Positions 17,420 through 27,431 of a DNA stretch of 64,000 bases are shown here, one piece after another. Every line of letters starts with the position of its first letter. The first letter of the stretch is position 1. The translations under genes were made by a program, and so were the position numbers. The stretch is from the NCBI GenBank assembly GCA_905182355.1, contig CAJJBH010000007.1:32557-96556 (forward strand), written 5' to 3'. The DNA is from an uncultured Rhodobacteraceae bacterium. GTDB taxonomy: Bacteria; Pseudomonadota; Alphaproteobacteria; Rhodobacterales; Rhodobacteraceae. Below the pieces are notes generated by a model that was given only the letters and a program-made list of their open reading frames with translations, searched no databases and had not been told where the DNA came from.

Positions 17420-18136
17420 AAAATTGCGTACAGCGCGGCGATATAACGTCCGTTTGAATTCGCGCTTTATTTTCTGACCTATCGGTTGTGACCTAGAAAT
17501 GGTGCTGCCACCTGTTTGCGCAGTTCGGTCTGATACGCCGGACGGGACGACACATGCCAAGGGTATTCCCGTCACCCAATGCATTTGCAATGTCGTGTCG
17601 ATTGGGCGGTCAAATCGTTTGGTGATGTCCAGCAGATGCTTTGCTGCTTTGTGACTTACCAGTTGGGCCGAGGTGCGCAAGGGGGTGATTTCTGGCGCAA
17701 CAATCTGTGAACCTTCATCTTCTTTCAACAGTTTAACGCCACCTTTCAGCTGCCGAACTTGAAACTGAATATAGCCCAATTGCGCTATATGCGCTGCGGC
17801 CAAAGTATGGGACCTTTCGAAAGCCGCCGGTTCTATTTGAACATCGTCTTCTAGAATCAACGCGGCATCTAAATCTTCGTCTAAAATGCGCTGCCAAGCT
17901 GCGCGGTGACTAAGAAAACAACCAATTTCGCCCGTGTTTAACGCGAATGGATAATGTGGGCGATGAAGTGGGGTCGCTGAATAACAGTCGGTTTGTTGCG
18001 TCTTGGTCAATGCTGACCCATCGACGGCATCCAAAACTTCAGCCCTGTACGGTGACGCGTTTAGAAGGTGGTCAACTTGTGGTCGCCGGGCCGTTGCGCG
18101 TGGAAGATGAATGATGAACGTTTTTGTTTGATCCAT
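17408..18136 (-). CDS. GT25 glycosyltransferase (LPS/LOS galactosyltransferase-like)
   Basis: FIIHL, AVDG, GEIGCFLSH, LILEDD and PID. Confidence 0.9.
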   Translation of the reverse strand: MDQTKTFIIHLPRATARRPQVDHLLNASPYRAEVLDAVDGSALTKTQQTDCYSATPLHRPHYPFALNTGEIGCFLSHRAAWQRILDEDLDAALILEDDVQIEPAAFERSHTLAAAHIAQLGYIQFQVRQLKGGVKLLKEDEGSQIVAPEITPLRTSAQLVSHKAAKHLLDITKRFDRPIDTTLQMHWVTGIPLACVVPSGVSDRTAQTGGSTISRSQPIGQKIKREFKRTLYRRAVRNFSTR

Positions 18137-18256
18137 TGGGTCTCATTTCCGGCCATAGAACCGTTCAGTGCAAGATGTGTAACAACAGTAGTCGTAGCTA
18201 AGACGTGATTGCCAGAGTTTACCAACCGATACCCATGTTATTGGAACGTGAGAAAT

Positions 18257-18290
18257 AAAAAAGGCCCCAATGTTTCCACTGGGGCCAAAA
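18257..18290 (-). terminator. pnp terminator
   Basis: GGCCCCA/TGGGGCC stem with a T-tract on the minus strand. Confidence 0.75.
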
Positions 18291-18313
18291 TCTTCAAAAG
18301 CTGAACTAAGGGT

Positions 18314-20449
18314 TTATTCCTCAGCCGCTTTCTCTTCAACAACTTCTAGACCAGTTGTCTGATCAACAACTTTCATGGACAGGCGAACCTTGCCACGATC
18401 GTCAAAGCCCAGCAATTTGACTTTCACTTCTTGGCCCTCTTTGAGGACGTCGGAAGGGTGGTTCAAACGGCGGTTTTCGATTTGGGAAACGTGGACCAAA
18501 CCGTCGCGCTTGCCAAAGAAGTTTACGAATGCACCGAAGTCTACGATCTTAACGACCGTACCGGTGTAAACCATGCCTTCTTCTGGCTCTGCCACGATCG
18601 AATAGATCATGTCGTAGGCTTTCTTGATTGCTTCACCATTTGGCGATGCAATCTTGATGATGCCTTCGTCGTTGATGTCGACTTTTGCGCCAGACACTTC
18701 AACGATTTCACGGATCACTTTACCACCAGAACCAATCACTTCACGGATTTTGTCCGTTGGGATTTGCATGGTCTCAATGCGTGGTGCGTGCTCTGAGAAT
18801 TCAGCAGCACCCGTAAGTGCTTTGTTCATTTCACCAAGGATGTGCAAACGGCCAGTACGTGCCTGCTCGAGCGCTTTTTCCATGATGTCAGGTGTGATGC
18901 CTGCAATCTTGATGTCCATTTGCAAAGACGTGATACCGTTTTCTGTACCAGCAACTTTAAAGTCCATATCGCCCAAGTGATCTTCGTCACCCAAGATGTC
19001 GGACAGGATGGCGTATTCGCCGCTGTCTTCCATGATCAGACCCATAGCAACGCCAGCAACCGCAGACTTCAACGGAACACCTGCGTCCATCATGGACAAG
19101 GAGCCACCGCAGACAGACGCCATTGAAGACGAGCCGTTGGATTCTGTGATCTCGGACACAACACGTACTGTGTATGGGAAATCAGTTGCAGCAGGTAGAA
19201 CAGCCTGCAAAGCACGCCATGCCAACTTACCGTGACCGATTTCACGACGGCCAGGAGGGCCCACACGACCAGCTTCACCAACCGAATAGGGTGGGAAGTT
19301 ATAGTGCAGCAAGAAGTTGGATTTGAAGTTGCCGTGCAATGCGTCAACGAATTGCTCGTCATCGCCGGTACCCAAAGTGGTCACAACCAAACCTTGTGTT
19401 TCACCGCGTGTGAACAAGGCAGAACCGTGTGTACGTGGCAACAAGCCAGTTTCGCAAACGATGTCGCGGATTTCATCCGTCGCACGACCGTCAAGACGCT
19501 TACCTGTTTTGACGATATCGCCACGCAGGATTGACGCCTCAAGGCCTTTCATTGCGGACCCAAGGTTCGCGTCACCCTGTTGCTCTTCTGACAGCGCATC
19601 CATGATAGTGGCGCGTGCTGCAGAAACAGCGGTTGTACGCTCTTGCTTGTCGCCAATTGCAAATGCTGTGCGCATGGCTGCTTCACCAGCTTTAGCAACA
19701 GCAGCGGACAATTCTGAATAATCAGCAGGCTGATAATCGAACGGTTCTTTTGCAGCAGACTCGGCCAGATCAACGATCAGGTCGATCACAGGCTGGAACG
19801 CATCGTGTGCAAACTTAACCGCACCCAGCATTTCAGCTTCGGACAATTCGTACGCTTCTGATTCAACCATCATCACGGCGTCTTTTGTACCGGCAACAAC
19901 CAGGTCAAGACGTTGCTCAGGCTTCAAGCGCAGGTCTTGCATATCGTCAACTTCTGGGTTCAGGATGTATTCGCCATCCTCAAAACCAACACGACAGCAA
20001 GCGATCGGGCCCATGAATGGCGCGCCGGAAATCGTCAACGCAGCAGAGGCCGCGATCATCGCAACCATGTCCGGATCATTGACCAGATCGTGTGACAGAA
20101 CTGTACACATCACTAAAACTTCGTTTTTGAAGCCAGGGACGAACAGTGGACGCAATGGACGGTCGATCAAACGAGACGTCAGTGTCTCTTTTTCTGATGG
20201 ACGTGCTTCGCGCTTAAAGAAGCCACCTGGTACTTTACCGGCAGCATAATAGCGTTCTAGGTAGTGGACGGTCAGCGGAAAGAAATCCTGACCCGGCTTT
20301 TGCTTTTTAGCAAAAGTGACGTTTGCCATAACGGATGTCTCGCCCAATGTGGCGATGACAGAACCGTCGGCTTGACGCGCGACTTTGCCTGTTTCCAATG
20401 TAAGCGTATCTTCGCCCCATTGGATGGATTTTTTAGTTACGTTAAACAT
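18314..20449 (-). CDS. pnp: Polyribonucleotide nucleotidyltransferase
   Basis: [35 protein letters not shown]; KH and S1 domains. Confidence 0.99.
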   Translation of the reverse strand: MFNVTKKSIQWGEDTLTLETGKVARQADGSVIATLGETSVMANVTFAKKQKPGQDFFPLTVHYLERYYAAGKVPGGFFKREARPSEKETLTSRLIDRPLRPLFVPGFKNEVLVMCTVLSHDLVNDPDMVAMIAASAALTISGAPFMGPIACCRVGFEDGEYILNPEVDDMQDLRLKPEQRLDLVVAGTKDAVMMVESEAYELSEAEMLGAVKFAHDAFQPVIDLIVDLAESAAKEPFDYQPADYSELSAAVAKAGEAAMRTAFAIGDKQERTTAVSAARATIMDALSEEQQGDANLGSAMKGLEASILRGDIVKTGKRLDGRATDEIRDIVCETGLLPRTHGSALFTRGETQGLVVTTLGTGDDEQFVDALHGNFKSNFLLHYNFPPYSVGEAGRVGPPGRREIGHGKLAWRALQAVLPAATDFPYTVRVVSEITESNGSSSMASVCGGSLSMMDAGVPLKSAVAGVAMGLIMEDSGEYAILSDILGDEDHLGDMDFKVAGTENGITSLQMDIKIAGITPDIMEKALEQARTGRLHILGEMNKALTGAAEFSEHAPRIETMQIPTDKIREVIGSGGKVIREIVEVSGAKVDINDEGIIKIASPNGEAIKKAYDMIYSIVAEPEEGMVYTGTVVKIVDFGAFVNFFGKRDGLVHVSQIENRRLNHPSDVLKEGQEVKVKLLGFDDRGKVRLSMKVVDQTTGLEVVEEKAAEE

Positions 20450-20732
20450 CTAAGTTTCCTTGTTGGCCCATTGGCCTTTATCATAGGGGCCGAATTGCCC
20501 CTGACTTCTGTATCTTTTATTTCAGGTGCCGAAGTCCAAGCTCCTGATTTCAGATAGACGCGCTTTACAGTAGAAATGGGCTGATGGGAAGAGAATAGGA
20601 GTTATGGGCTGTTTTGCAGGGTTTTATGCGCAATTCCGGGCGTTCAAACTGGCGCGACAATAATGTTAGTTTGCTAAACGGCTTCGATGCAGTACTGCGG
20701 GTGTACAAGCATAATAAAAACACGAGCAGAAT

Positions 20733-21761
20733 ATGACCGAAATGACCGATAGCACTAAAAACATGGCGGCGCGCGATTGGATGCAGGTGCTTAAAAAGTA
20801 CCGCGAACCCAATAGTTTACGCAGCAGCTTTGAACTTGGTGTTAGTGTTGTACCGTTTGTAGCGCTTTGGGTTTTGGCATGCTGGATTGCAAATTACAGC
20901 TACATCACGGCCTTGGGAATCTCTGCTGTGAACGGATGTTTCCTACTTCGGCTCTTTTGTATCCAGCACGATTGTGGTCACGGATCATTTTTTGGCAACC
21001 GCACACTTAGCGACTGGACCGGTCGTACATTAGGGATTTTGACACTTACCCCTTACGACGTCTGGCGCCGCACACATTCAATTCACCACAGTCACGCGGG
21101 CGACCTTGATCAACGCGGCATCGGCGATGTGATGACCTTGACGGTTGAAGAATATCACCAACGCAGCCCTTGGGGTCGTCTTTTGTACCGCGCCTATCGC
21201 CACCCTTTGGTGATGTTCGGTCTAGGCCCAACCTATCTGTTTCTACTGACAAACCGTATTCCTTGGTCTGCTCTGGACCAGAAAAAGGACTGGATCAGCG
21301 CAATGGGCACCAATCTGGCAATCGCCGTTCTGTTGACCATTATTGTGCAGTTCGGTGGATGGCAGGCGCTGTTCCTCGTATTCCTACCCACAACGCTGAT
21401 CGCAGCAACAACTGGCGTTTGGCTGTTTTACGTGCAGCATCAGTTTGAAACGACACATTGGGTTGAAAATGAAGACTGGCAAATGCACGAAGCAGCCCTT
21501 CACGGCAGCTCGCACTACGATCTTCCCCCGATCTTGCAATGGTTCTCTGCCAATATCGGCATCCATCACGTGCATCACCTTTACAGCCGCATTCCTTTCT
21601 ATCGATTGACCGAGGTGTTGCGCAATCACGAAGAGTTGGCAAATTCCACCAGCCGCATGAACCTGCGCCAAAGCTTCAAATGCGCCAGCCTTGATCTGTG
21701 GGATGGTACCAACAAGCGCTTGGTGTCGTTTGCGACCGCACGAAAGCTTCAGCTCGGTTAA
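20733..21761 (+). CDS. Membrane acyl-lipid fatty acid desaturase
   Basis: Three His boxes HDCGH, HSIHH and HHVHH, plus FYVQHQF. Confidence 0.92.
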   Translation: MTEMTDSTKNMAARDWMQVLKKYREPNSLRSSFELGVSVVPFVALWVLACWIANYSYITALGISAVNGCFLLRLFCIQHDCGHGSFFGNRTLSDWTGRTLGILTLTPYDVWRRTHSIHHSHAGDLDQRGIGDVMTLTVEEYHQRSPWGRLLYRAYRHPLVMFGLGPTYLFLLTNRIPWSALDQKKDWISAMGTNLAIAVLLTIIVQFGGWQALFLVFLPTTLIAATTGVWLFYVQHQFETTHWVENEDWQMHEAALHGSSHYDLPPILQWFSANIGIHHVHHLYSRIPFYRLTEVLRNHEELANSTSRMNLRQSFKCASLDLWDGTNKRLVSFATARKLQLG

Positions 21762-21767
21762 TCCCGA

Positions 21768-22379
21768 ATGATCGATTATCTGCTTTTTGTGCCAGCCTGC
21801 TTTGCGATCAATCTTGCGTTTGGGCCCAATAACCTGATGGCGCTGGCCAATGGCGCACAACACGGCGTCGGTTTCGCCTTGATCGCCAGTATGGGACGGC
21901 TGCTGGCCTTTGTCCCTATGATCGCAATCAGTGCGTTGGGTTTGGGCCTTGTCCTGTCGGCCTCGGCCTTTGTTTTCACTGCGGTCAAAATGATCGGGGC
22001 AGGCTATCTGATCTACCTTGGGATCAAGATATTGCGGGCATCTTATAAGACGCCCGACAGTGACCTGAAGGCCAACACCCTGACATTGCCCCAAGCCTTC
22101 ATGCGCGAAGGGTTTGTGGCGCTTGGCAATCCCAAGGCGATACTTGTCTTCGCCGCGTTCTTTCCACAGTTTTTTGTGACCGAAGCGTATATCCAAAGCT
22201 ATACAATCATCGCCTTGATCTTTCTGGCGCTAGAAGGGGTGGCGATCTTGGTCTACGCATTTTTTGGCCGTCTTGCGGCGCGATCCAGCACGTTGAATAT
22301 GGGCGGGTTCCAGCGGGCATCTGGCATTGGCATGGTGATTTTTGGTGGGCTGTTGTTGCTGACACGTCGACCCGTTTGA
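21768..22379 (+). CDS. LysE/RhtB-family translocator
   Basis: FGPNN, GAGYLIYLG and GNPKAILVF. Confidence 0.9.
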   Translation: MIDYLLFVPACFAINLAFGPNNLMALANGAQHGVGFALIASMGRLLAFVPMIAISALGLGLVLSASAFVFTAVKMIGAGYLIYLGIKILRASYKTPDSDLKANTLTLPQAFMREGFVALGNPKAILVFAAFFPQFFVTEAYIQSYTIIALIFLALEGVAILVYAFFGRLAARSSTLNMGGFQRASGIGMVIFGGLLLLTRRPV

Positions 22380-23000
22380 GGCAGGGTGTGGTGGGCTTAC
22401 TGAACTAGGCAAAGAAGATTTTCGTCAGGATAATACTGAGGGTGGTTTTCGGGAACCGGATAAGGCCGCCGCACCAAAAAGTGTTTCACGGATAGTCTAA
22501 CGGGAATTTTGGACGTCCTTCTTTAAATATGCGAAGCCCGAAAATTCGCCTGCCTCACTTAGATTTTGCCAGCTGTAAGCTTGATGCCTAGGCCATACAT
22601 CCATGTAATTTTTGAATCAACTTCGAGGTAACGCGTCAACCAGAAGTGATGTTCCAGCTAAAACACGTCAAAGGGAGGGGGGAATTGTTTAGTATAGTAA
22701 CCCGTTCTCAAAACGCGCCTTCTTGGAACACCTATAAAACATCTCGATTTACGTTGCCCACAATCAGCTAAAAACCCAAACAGTTGCTGCGGTTTTTGTC
22801 GCTCTCGGAATGGTAGGTATTTCTGCATACTGCCGCTAACAGCAGTGGTCTTAGGCCCACCGTGCAATGCGATTGGTTGTGGTCTCGAATTGACCCTGAG
22901 ACCAAAGTCATCTTTAAAATACTAACCAAAAGTTAATCGTCTTGGTCAAACGTTAACAGTGGCTCAGTGTTAAAATTCTGTGAATGTCCGTGGCTTGGCC

Positions 23001-23110
23001 AAATTGTACAAAATATGGGTGTGAGTTGTACAATTTATAACGAAACCTGCAAATCCGGCCGAATCTCCGAACGCAAATTGTACAGATCAGCGCCCTGTTT
23101 TGTACAATGC
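23001..23110. repeat. Two palindromic units AAATTGTACA-N16-TGTACAAT
   Basis: TGTACA at 23005, 23027, 23079 and 23101 (spacings 22, 52 and 22 bp). Confidence 0.7.
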
Positions 23111-23173
23111 ACTGGGTAAGCAGCATCGAACGCTGCCTTAACCCCACCGGACGTTGCCCAACATCAGCCCAAC

Positions 23174-23205
23174 AAAAAACGCCCGCTGCAAGCAACGGAC
23201 GTTTT
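23174..23205 (-). terminator. rpsO terminator
   Basis: AAAACGCCCG/CGGACGTTTT imperfect stem; T-tract on the minus strand. Confidence 0.7.
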
Positions 23206-23229
23206 CTGAATTCCAGTCTTGGAAGGCGC

Positions 23230-23499
23230 TTAGCGGCGCAGGCCTAGACGTTTGATCAGGTCTTGGTAACGTGCTTCGTCTTTAGCGCGGGCATAGTCCA
23301 GCAGCTTACGACGTGTCGCAACCATCTTCAGCAAACCACGGCGGCCGTGGTTGTCTTTTTTGTGTGTTTTAAAGTGCTCTGTCAGCGTCGCGATGCGCGA
23401 GGACAAGATTGCAACTTGAACTTCAGGTGAACCTGTATCGCCTTCTTTAATGGCGAATTCTGTCATCAAGCGTGCTTTTTCTTCTGGTGTAATCGACAT
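23230..23499 (-). CDS. rpsO: 30S ribosomal protein S15
   Basis: [22 protein letters not shown]; AAGGAG RBS before the ATG at 23499. Confidence 0.98.
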   Translation of the reverse strand: MSITPEEKARLMTEFAIKEGDTGSPEVQVAILSSRIATLTEHFKTHKKDNHGRRGLLKMVATRRKLLDYARAKDEARYQDLIKRLGLRR

Positions 23500-23605
23500 C
23501 GGGGTCTCCTTTAAAAGGTTAGTGTGATGGCGCAGCCCGGGATGTCGTCCAGTGCAGGCCCATGGAGGTGTCGGTATGAATGATTCCATAGCCGACAGGC
23601 GCGTA
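23500..23605 (-). promoter_or_regulatory. Probable alphaproteobacterial rpsO leader (S15 autoregulatory RNA)
   Basis: Structured 5' UTR with a TGTCGG/CCGACA stem and CTGGACGACATCCCGG, recalled as conserved in alphaproteobacterial rpsO leaders; boundaries approximate. Confidence 0.55.
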
Positions 23606-23651
23606 TAGGAAATCTATACAGGTTTGGCAAAGGGTAATTGTGGAGGGCCCT

Positions 23652-24596
23652 TTAAACGTTGGCGATAACGCCGGTTTGTGCAATGCTTTGTGCAACCAAT
23701 ACGATGTCCGACAATTCGATATCTGACCCTGCATCAACGTCTGCAACCGCCGTACCATTCATCAAGATTTGCATCAGATCGGGGTTGGTTGGGTTGATCT
23801 GTAAGTCGACCTTGGGTTCATCGCCAGCTGCATCATCCCACACCAAAAGTATGGTATCGTCGTCACCATTAAAGTCGGTAATTTGCGCAGCATGGCCTTC
23901 GGTAATCCAATCCCCCAGTACGATTGTGTCATTGCCTGTGCCTGCAGTTACGATGTCGCTTTGGCCCGCAAGGATTTGATCATTACCACCGCCACCGTTT
24001 AAAAAGTCAGCGTCGTCAGTGTCTTGGATGCCATCAATACTGGTGTCATCTTCCACGCCGTTCAATTGATCATCACCCCAGCCACCAAACAATGTATCAG
24101 CACCCTGACCACCCGTAAGCGTGTCATTGTCCAAACCGCCCTGCAAAGCATCGGCCCCTAGATCACCAGACAAGTTGTCATTTCCAGTAGAGCTTTGAAG
24201 CGCATCATCGCCGGCCCTGCCGTGCATCGTGTCGTTCAGGTTATTGCCGTATAATGTGTCATCATCATCGCCGCCAAACAGCACGTCATTGCCTGCTTCG
24301 CCGTGCAGTGTGTCGTTGCCATCCGATCCAAGCAATGTGTCGTCGCCATCGGCACCATGCAGGTCATCATTTCCAGTCCCGCCGTCAATCGTATCTTCGC
24401 CGCTGTAACCACCAATTTGGTCGTCCCCCACCCCACCGTCAAGGGCGTCTGGGCCACGCGTTCCAGATAGGATGTCATCCTTTTCGGAGCCAGTAATAGA
24501 CGTTGTTTCTTCGTCGGAATCGCTTTGTGTCCCTGACTCGATAAAAGTCACAGTACCTACGGCCATCACTCCCATCAATTCTGCCAACCAAAGCAT
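23652..24596 (-). CDS. Hemolysin-type (RTX) calcium-binding repeat protein
   Basis: Many GGxGxDxLx nonapeptides, very acidic composition, short hydrophobic N-terminus. Confidence 0.88.
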   Translation of the reverse strand: MLWLAELMGVMAVGTVTFIESGTQSDSDEETTSITGSEKDDILSGTRGPDALDGGVGDDQIGGYSGEDTIDGGTGNDDLHGADGDDTLLGSDGNDTLHGEAGNDVLFGGDDDDTLYGNNLNDTMHGRAGDDALQSSTGNDNLSGDLGADALQGGLDNDTLTGGQGADTLFGGWGDDQLNGVEDDTSIDGIQDTDDADFLNGGGGNDQILAGQSDIVTAGTGNDTIVLGDWITEGHAAQITDFNGDDDTILLVWDDAAGDEPKVDLQINPTNPDLMQILMNGTAVADVDAGSDIELSDIVLVAQSIAQTGVIANV

Positions 24597-24704
24597 TTCG
24601 AATTCCAATTCTTCATGTAATGAACGTCAGCATATAGGCACATCAAACCCAGTATTACAAAAGGATCCGTACTATTTGGTTAACAGCCAATCTTAGTGTT
24701 GGCC

Positions 24705-25211
24705 TTACACCCAGACCTCGGGTTGTTGGGTGTAAGGCAGGTACAGTGGGTGCTTTGGGTGGCCGTGTTTAGAAAGACCCAAATGATACAGTGGTTGCCC
24801 CGTGGCCCCCAACAAAGCAGCAACATCGGCACCTCTGTTCAGATGCAAGCCGTGGGTACCCCATGCGGCAATAACACTGCTGGCCCAACCTGCGCCTTCA
24901 ACAATGGTTGCGTCGTTTTGCGGCCCAACGGGATCGATTGCGGCCTTCATGTTGCGTGGATCAGTGTCGCGCCACGCAAAGATGTTTGTCACTCGAAAGC
25001 CGCCGAATCCCAGTGTTCGCGCACGTCGCTCACAGCGTTCAACAGTGGGGTCATTTTGGACTTCGGTTGCTGTTGATGGATTTAGCATCACAAACAGAAC
25101 CTTGCCCCCTGCATCGTCCCAAACACGCGTCAGACTATACCGATAGCGTTCACAATCGGAATATACTGCTGTCGAGGGTGCGTCGCCTTTTGTGTGGGTG
25201 CGAGTAATCAT
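24705..25211 (-). CDS. DUF1643 family protein
   Basis: YRYSLTRVW, MLNPSTA, DPTV, AAWG and PKHPLY. Confidence 0.85.
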   Translation of the reverse strand: MITRTHTKGDAPSTAVYSDCERYRYSLTRVWDDAGGKVLFVMLNPSTATEVQNDPTVERCERRARTLGFGGFRVTNIFAWRDTDPRNMKAAIDPVGPQNDATIVEGAGWASSVIAAWGTHGLHLNRGADVAALLGATGQPLYHLGLSKHGHPKHPLYLPYTQQPEVWV

Positions 25212-25217
25212 AATAGT

Positions 25218-26123
25218 TTAGGTGTTGAAAACACGACTGGGGTGCAATTCGCCGGCTTTATAGCGCCCCACGGCCACAGCCTTTCCGTCAAGTGAGGCCC
25301 AGCATTCGTCACCATATTCAATGTCTGAAGCCAGAACCATTCCAGGGTTACCATTGCGCATCTTTACAGCGCCTTCGGGTGTGGCGGGCACTTGTTGCAA
25401 GTCCTGCAACCCTTCTTCGAGGGGTCGTAAATAGGTATCAAGTTCAGGTTGTTGTGCCAATTCTTCGACCCGTGCCAGTGTGATGCCGTCACTTACATCA
25501 AATGGCCCAGACCAGATGCGGCGCAATTCGCGGACGTGGCCGTGGCACCCCAAAGATGCGCCTAGGTCACGTGCGATGGCACGGACGTATCCGCCTTTGC
25601 CACAGGTCATTTCCAGCGTGACGTGATCTGCGTCCAGGCGATCAATCATTACCAATTCTTCAACCCAAAGCGGGCGGGCTGCAAGTTCAATATCTTCGCC
25701 GTCACGGGCCAGTTTATACGCTCGTTGACCGTCGACTTTCACAGCGGAAAATTTTGGTGGGACCTGCATAATGTCGCCGACAAATTGGCCAAGCGCCGCT
25801 TTTATTTCATCATCGTCAGGGCGGGTGTCAGAGGATGCGATTACTTCGCCCTCCGCGTCATCGGTATTTGTCGATTGGCCAAGCCGCACAGTGAATGTGT
25901 AGGCCTTCAACGCATCTGTGATGTAGGGGACGGTTTTGGTCGCCTCACCCAAAGCCACAGCTAAAACGCCTGTTGCATCGGGATCAAGCGTACCAGCATG
26001 GCCGGCTTTTTTCGCCCCGAATGCCCAGCGCACTTTGTTCACAACTGCGGTTGATGTTAGGCCAGCAGGTTTATCAACAACCAACCATCCCGAAATATCG
26101 CGTCCTTTGCGTGCGCGGCCCAT
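25218..26123 (-). CDS. truB: tRNA pseudouridine(55) synthase
   Basis: [24 protein letters not shown] and [12 protein letters not shown]. Confidence 0.98.
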   Translation of the reverse strand: MGRARKGRDISGWLVVDKPAGLTSTAVVNKVRWAFGAKKAGHAGTLDPDATGVLAVALGEATKTVPYITDALKAYTFTVRLGQSTNTDDAEGEVIASSDTRPDDDEIKAALGQFVGDIMQVPPKFSAVKVDGQRAYKLARDGEDIELAARPLWVEELVMIDRLDADHVTLEMTCGKGGYVRAIARDLGASLGCHGHVRELRRIWSGPFDVSDGITLARVEELAQQPELDTYLRPLEEGLQDLQQVPATPEGAVKMRNGNPGMVLASDIEYGDECWASLDGKAVAVGRYKAGELHPSRVFNT

Positions 26124-26183
26124 ATGCGTGTCCTATCGAAGTGAATTCAAGAATTTGCCGCCTATCGCGCTGGGCCTGTGCTG

Positions 26184-26918
26184 TCAATTCGCAGGAACAA
26201 CTGTGCCGATCATAGGGCCAAGGCGGAAGCCCGCGTCGTTACGGCCCAATTCGGGTGCATACAGACGACTAATGTTGCCGTCAAAGTACATTGCTTGAGG
26301 CAGCTTTAAATGATCACGAAACAGGCTGCCAAATTCGTGGAACGTGACGGTGTTGTTGGAAATCACAAACACCGCTTTTTTGCCATCAGCCGATGTGCCC
26401 ACGCCATTGCGGATATAGCGCGAGGTACCGTCGGGTAGAAATTTTGGATGTAGTTCACCGTCAATAACCAGCATTGGACCAGACTGTGTGGCAAATTCGC
26501 AGGTTGGTTTTTCGTCGATATATCGAAGTGTCTCAATCACATCGGCTTGTTCGCCACGAAGACATAGAACGCCGTTTGGTAGCAGGCCAAAGTTGCCCGG
26601 CCCCGCATTGGGAATAACGCGCATAAGCTCCTTGCCGTTTTCGATATGGTGACCGACAGGGGAACGGTCATCGTGATACATCCCCGCGTTCATGGCAAAG
26701 CTGAGTTTTTCACCATTCTTGCGCAGGGCATTGTTCAATACCCGAAAATGGCCATACGCTACACCCGCGTCACCATTTAAAAACAAGCGCAGCGTATCTG
26801 TGGTCATATCAACGGTACAAATCGAGTAGGCATTATCTGCGAAGGTGGCATCCTCACATGTTGCAGCGTTTGTCGCCCCAACTGTTGCCAACCACACAAG
26901 CGCTGCCCGCCAAATCAT
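26184..26918 (-). CDS. Exported phosphodiester glycosidase family (YigE/DUF2233-like) protein
   Basis: Signal-peptide-like start; FAMNAGMY, PNGV, TQSGPML, RNGVG and FDG. Confidence 0.8.
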   Translation of the reverse strand: MIWRAALVWLATVGATNAATCEDATFADNAYSICTVDMTTDTLRLFLNGDAGVAYGHFRVLNNALRKNGEKLSFAMNAGMYHDDRSPVGHHIENGKELMRVIPNAGPGNFGLLPNGVLCLRGEQADVIETLRYIDEKPTCEFATQSGPMLVIDGELHPKFLPDGTSRYIRNGVGTSADGKKAVFVISNNTVTFHEFGSLFRDHLKLPQAMYFDGNISRLYAPELGRNDAGFRLGPMIGTVVPAN

Positions 26919-27340
26919 TCAGGTGTCTCCGCCTCGTCGACGTCTACTTTCGCGATGTCACGTGCGACGTGTTCTTGAGCCAACATCTTGCGTGTGGCAT
27001 CCATTTGATCGAAGGTATCATCCAGCTGGAACCGCAGTTCTGGCGAATGCTTCAACGCTAGTTTTTTGTTCAATGTGTGCCGGATGTCATACATGTTTCT
27101 GGCCAGCAGTTTTAGAATGCCGTCTTTGCCATCACCACCTAAAGGCAGGACATAACAGGTCGCGATCTTAAGATCGGCAGACACCCGCACCTCGCCTACT
27201 GTGATCGACATACGGCTAAGTTCAACATTGTGAACATCGCCGCGCGATAGGATTTCAGACAATGTACGACGAATTAATTCGCCGACGCGTAATTGGCGCT
27301 GGGAAGGTCCGCGCGCCTCATGTGATTTGTTACTAGCCAT
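26915..27340 (-). CDS. rbfA: Ribosome-binding factor A
   Basis: SQRQLRVGELIR..ADLKIA..PELRFQLD; ATG at 27340. Confidence 0.96.
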   Translation of the reverse strand: MASNKSHEARGPSQRQLRVGELIRRTLSEILSRGDVHNVELSRMSITVGEVRVSADLKIATCYVLPLGGDGKDGILKLLARNMYDIRHTLNKKLALKHSPELRFQLDDTFDQMDATRKMLAQEHVARDIAKVDVDEAETPE

Positions 27341-27431
27341 AGATGTGCATGTAAGGCGACTTGTGCCCTTTGCCAAGCGTGCCGTGGCGCGATAGAGGTT
27401 TAAGCGAATATGCGCGGAGGAACTAAGCGAC

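Noticed and set aside
23001-23110. TGTACA repeats as a mini-CRISPR
   Set aside because: Units are too short, only two, irregularly spaced, and no cas genes are present
23900-24480. Periodic DNA in the RTX gene
   Set aside because: Explained by the encoded nonapeptide repeats
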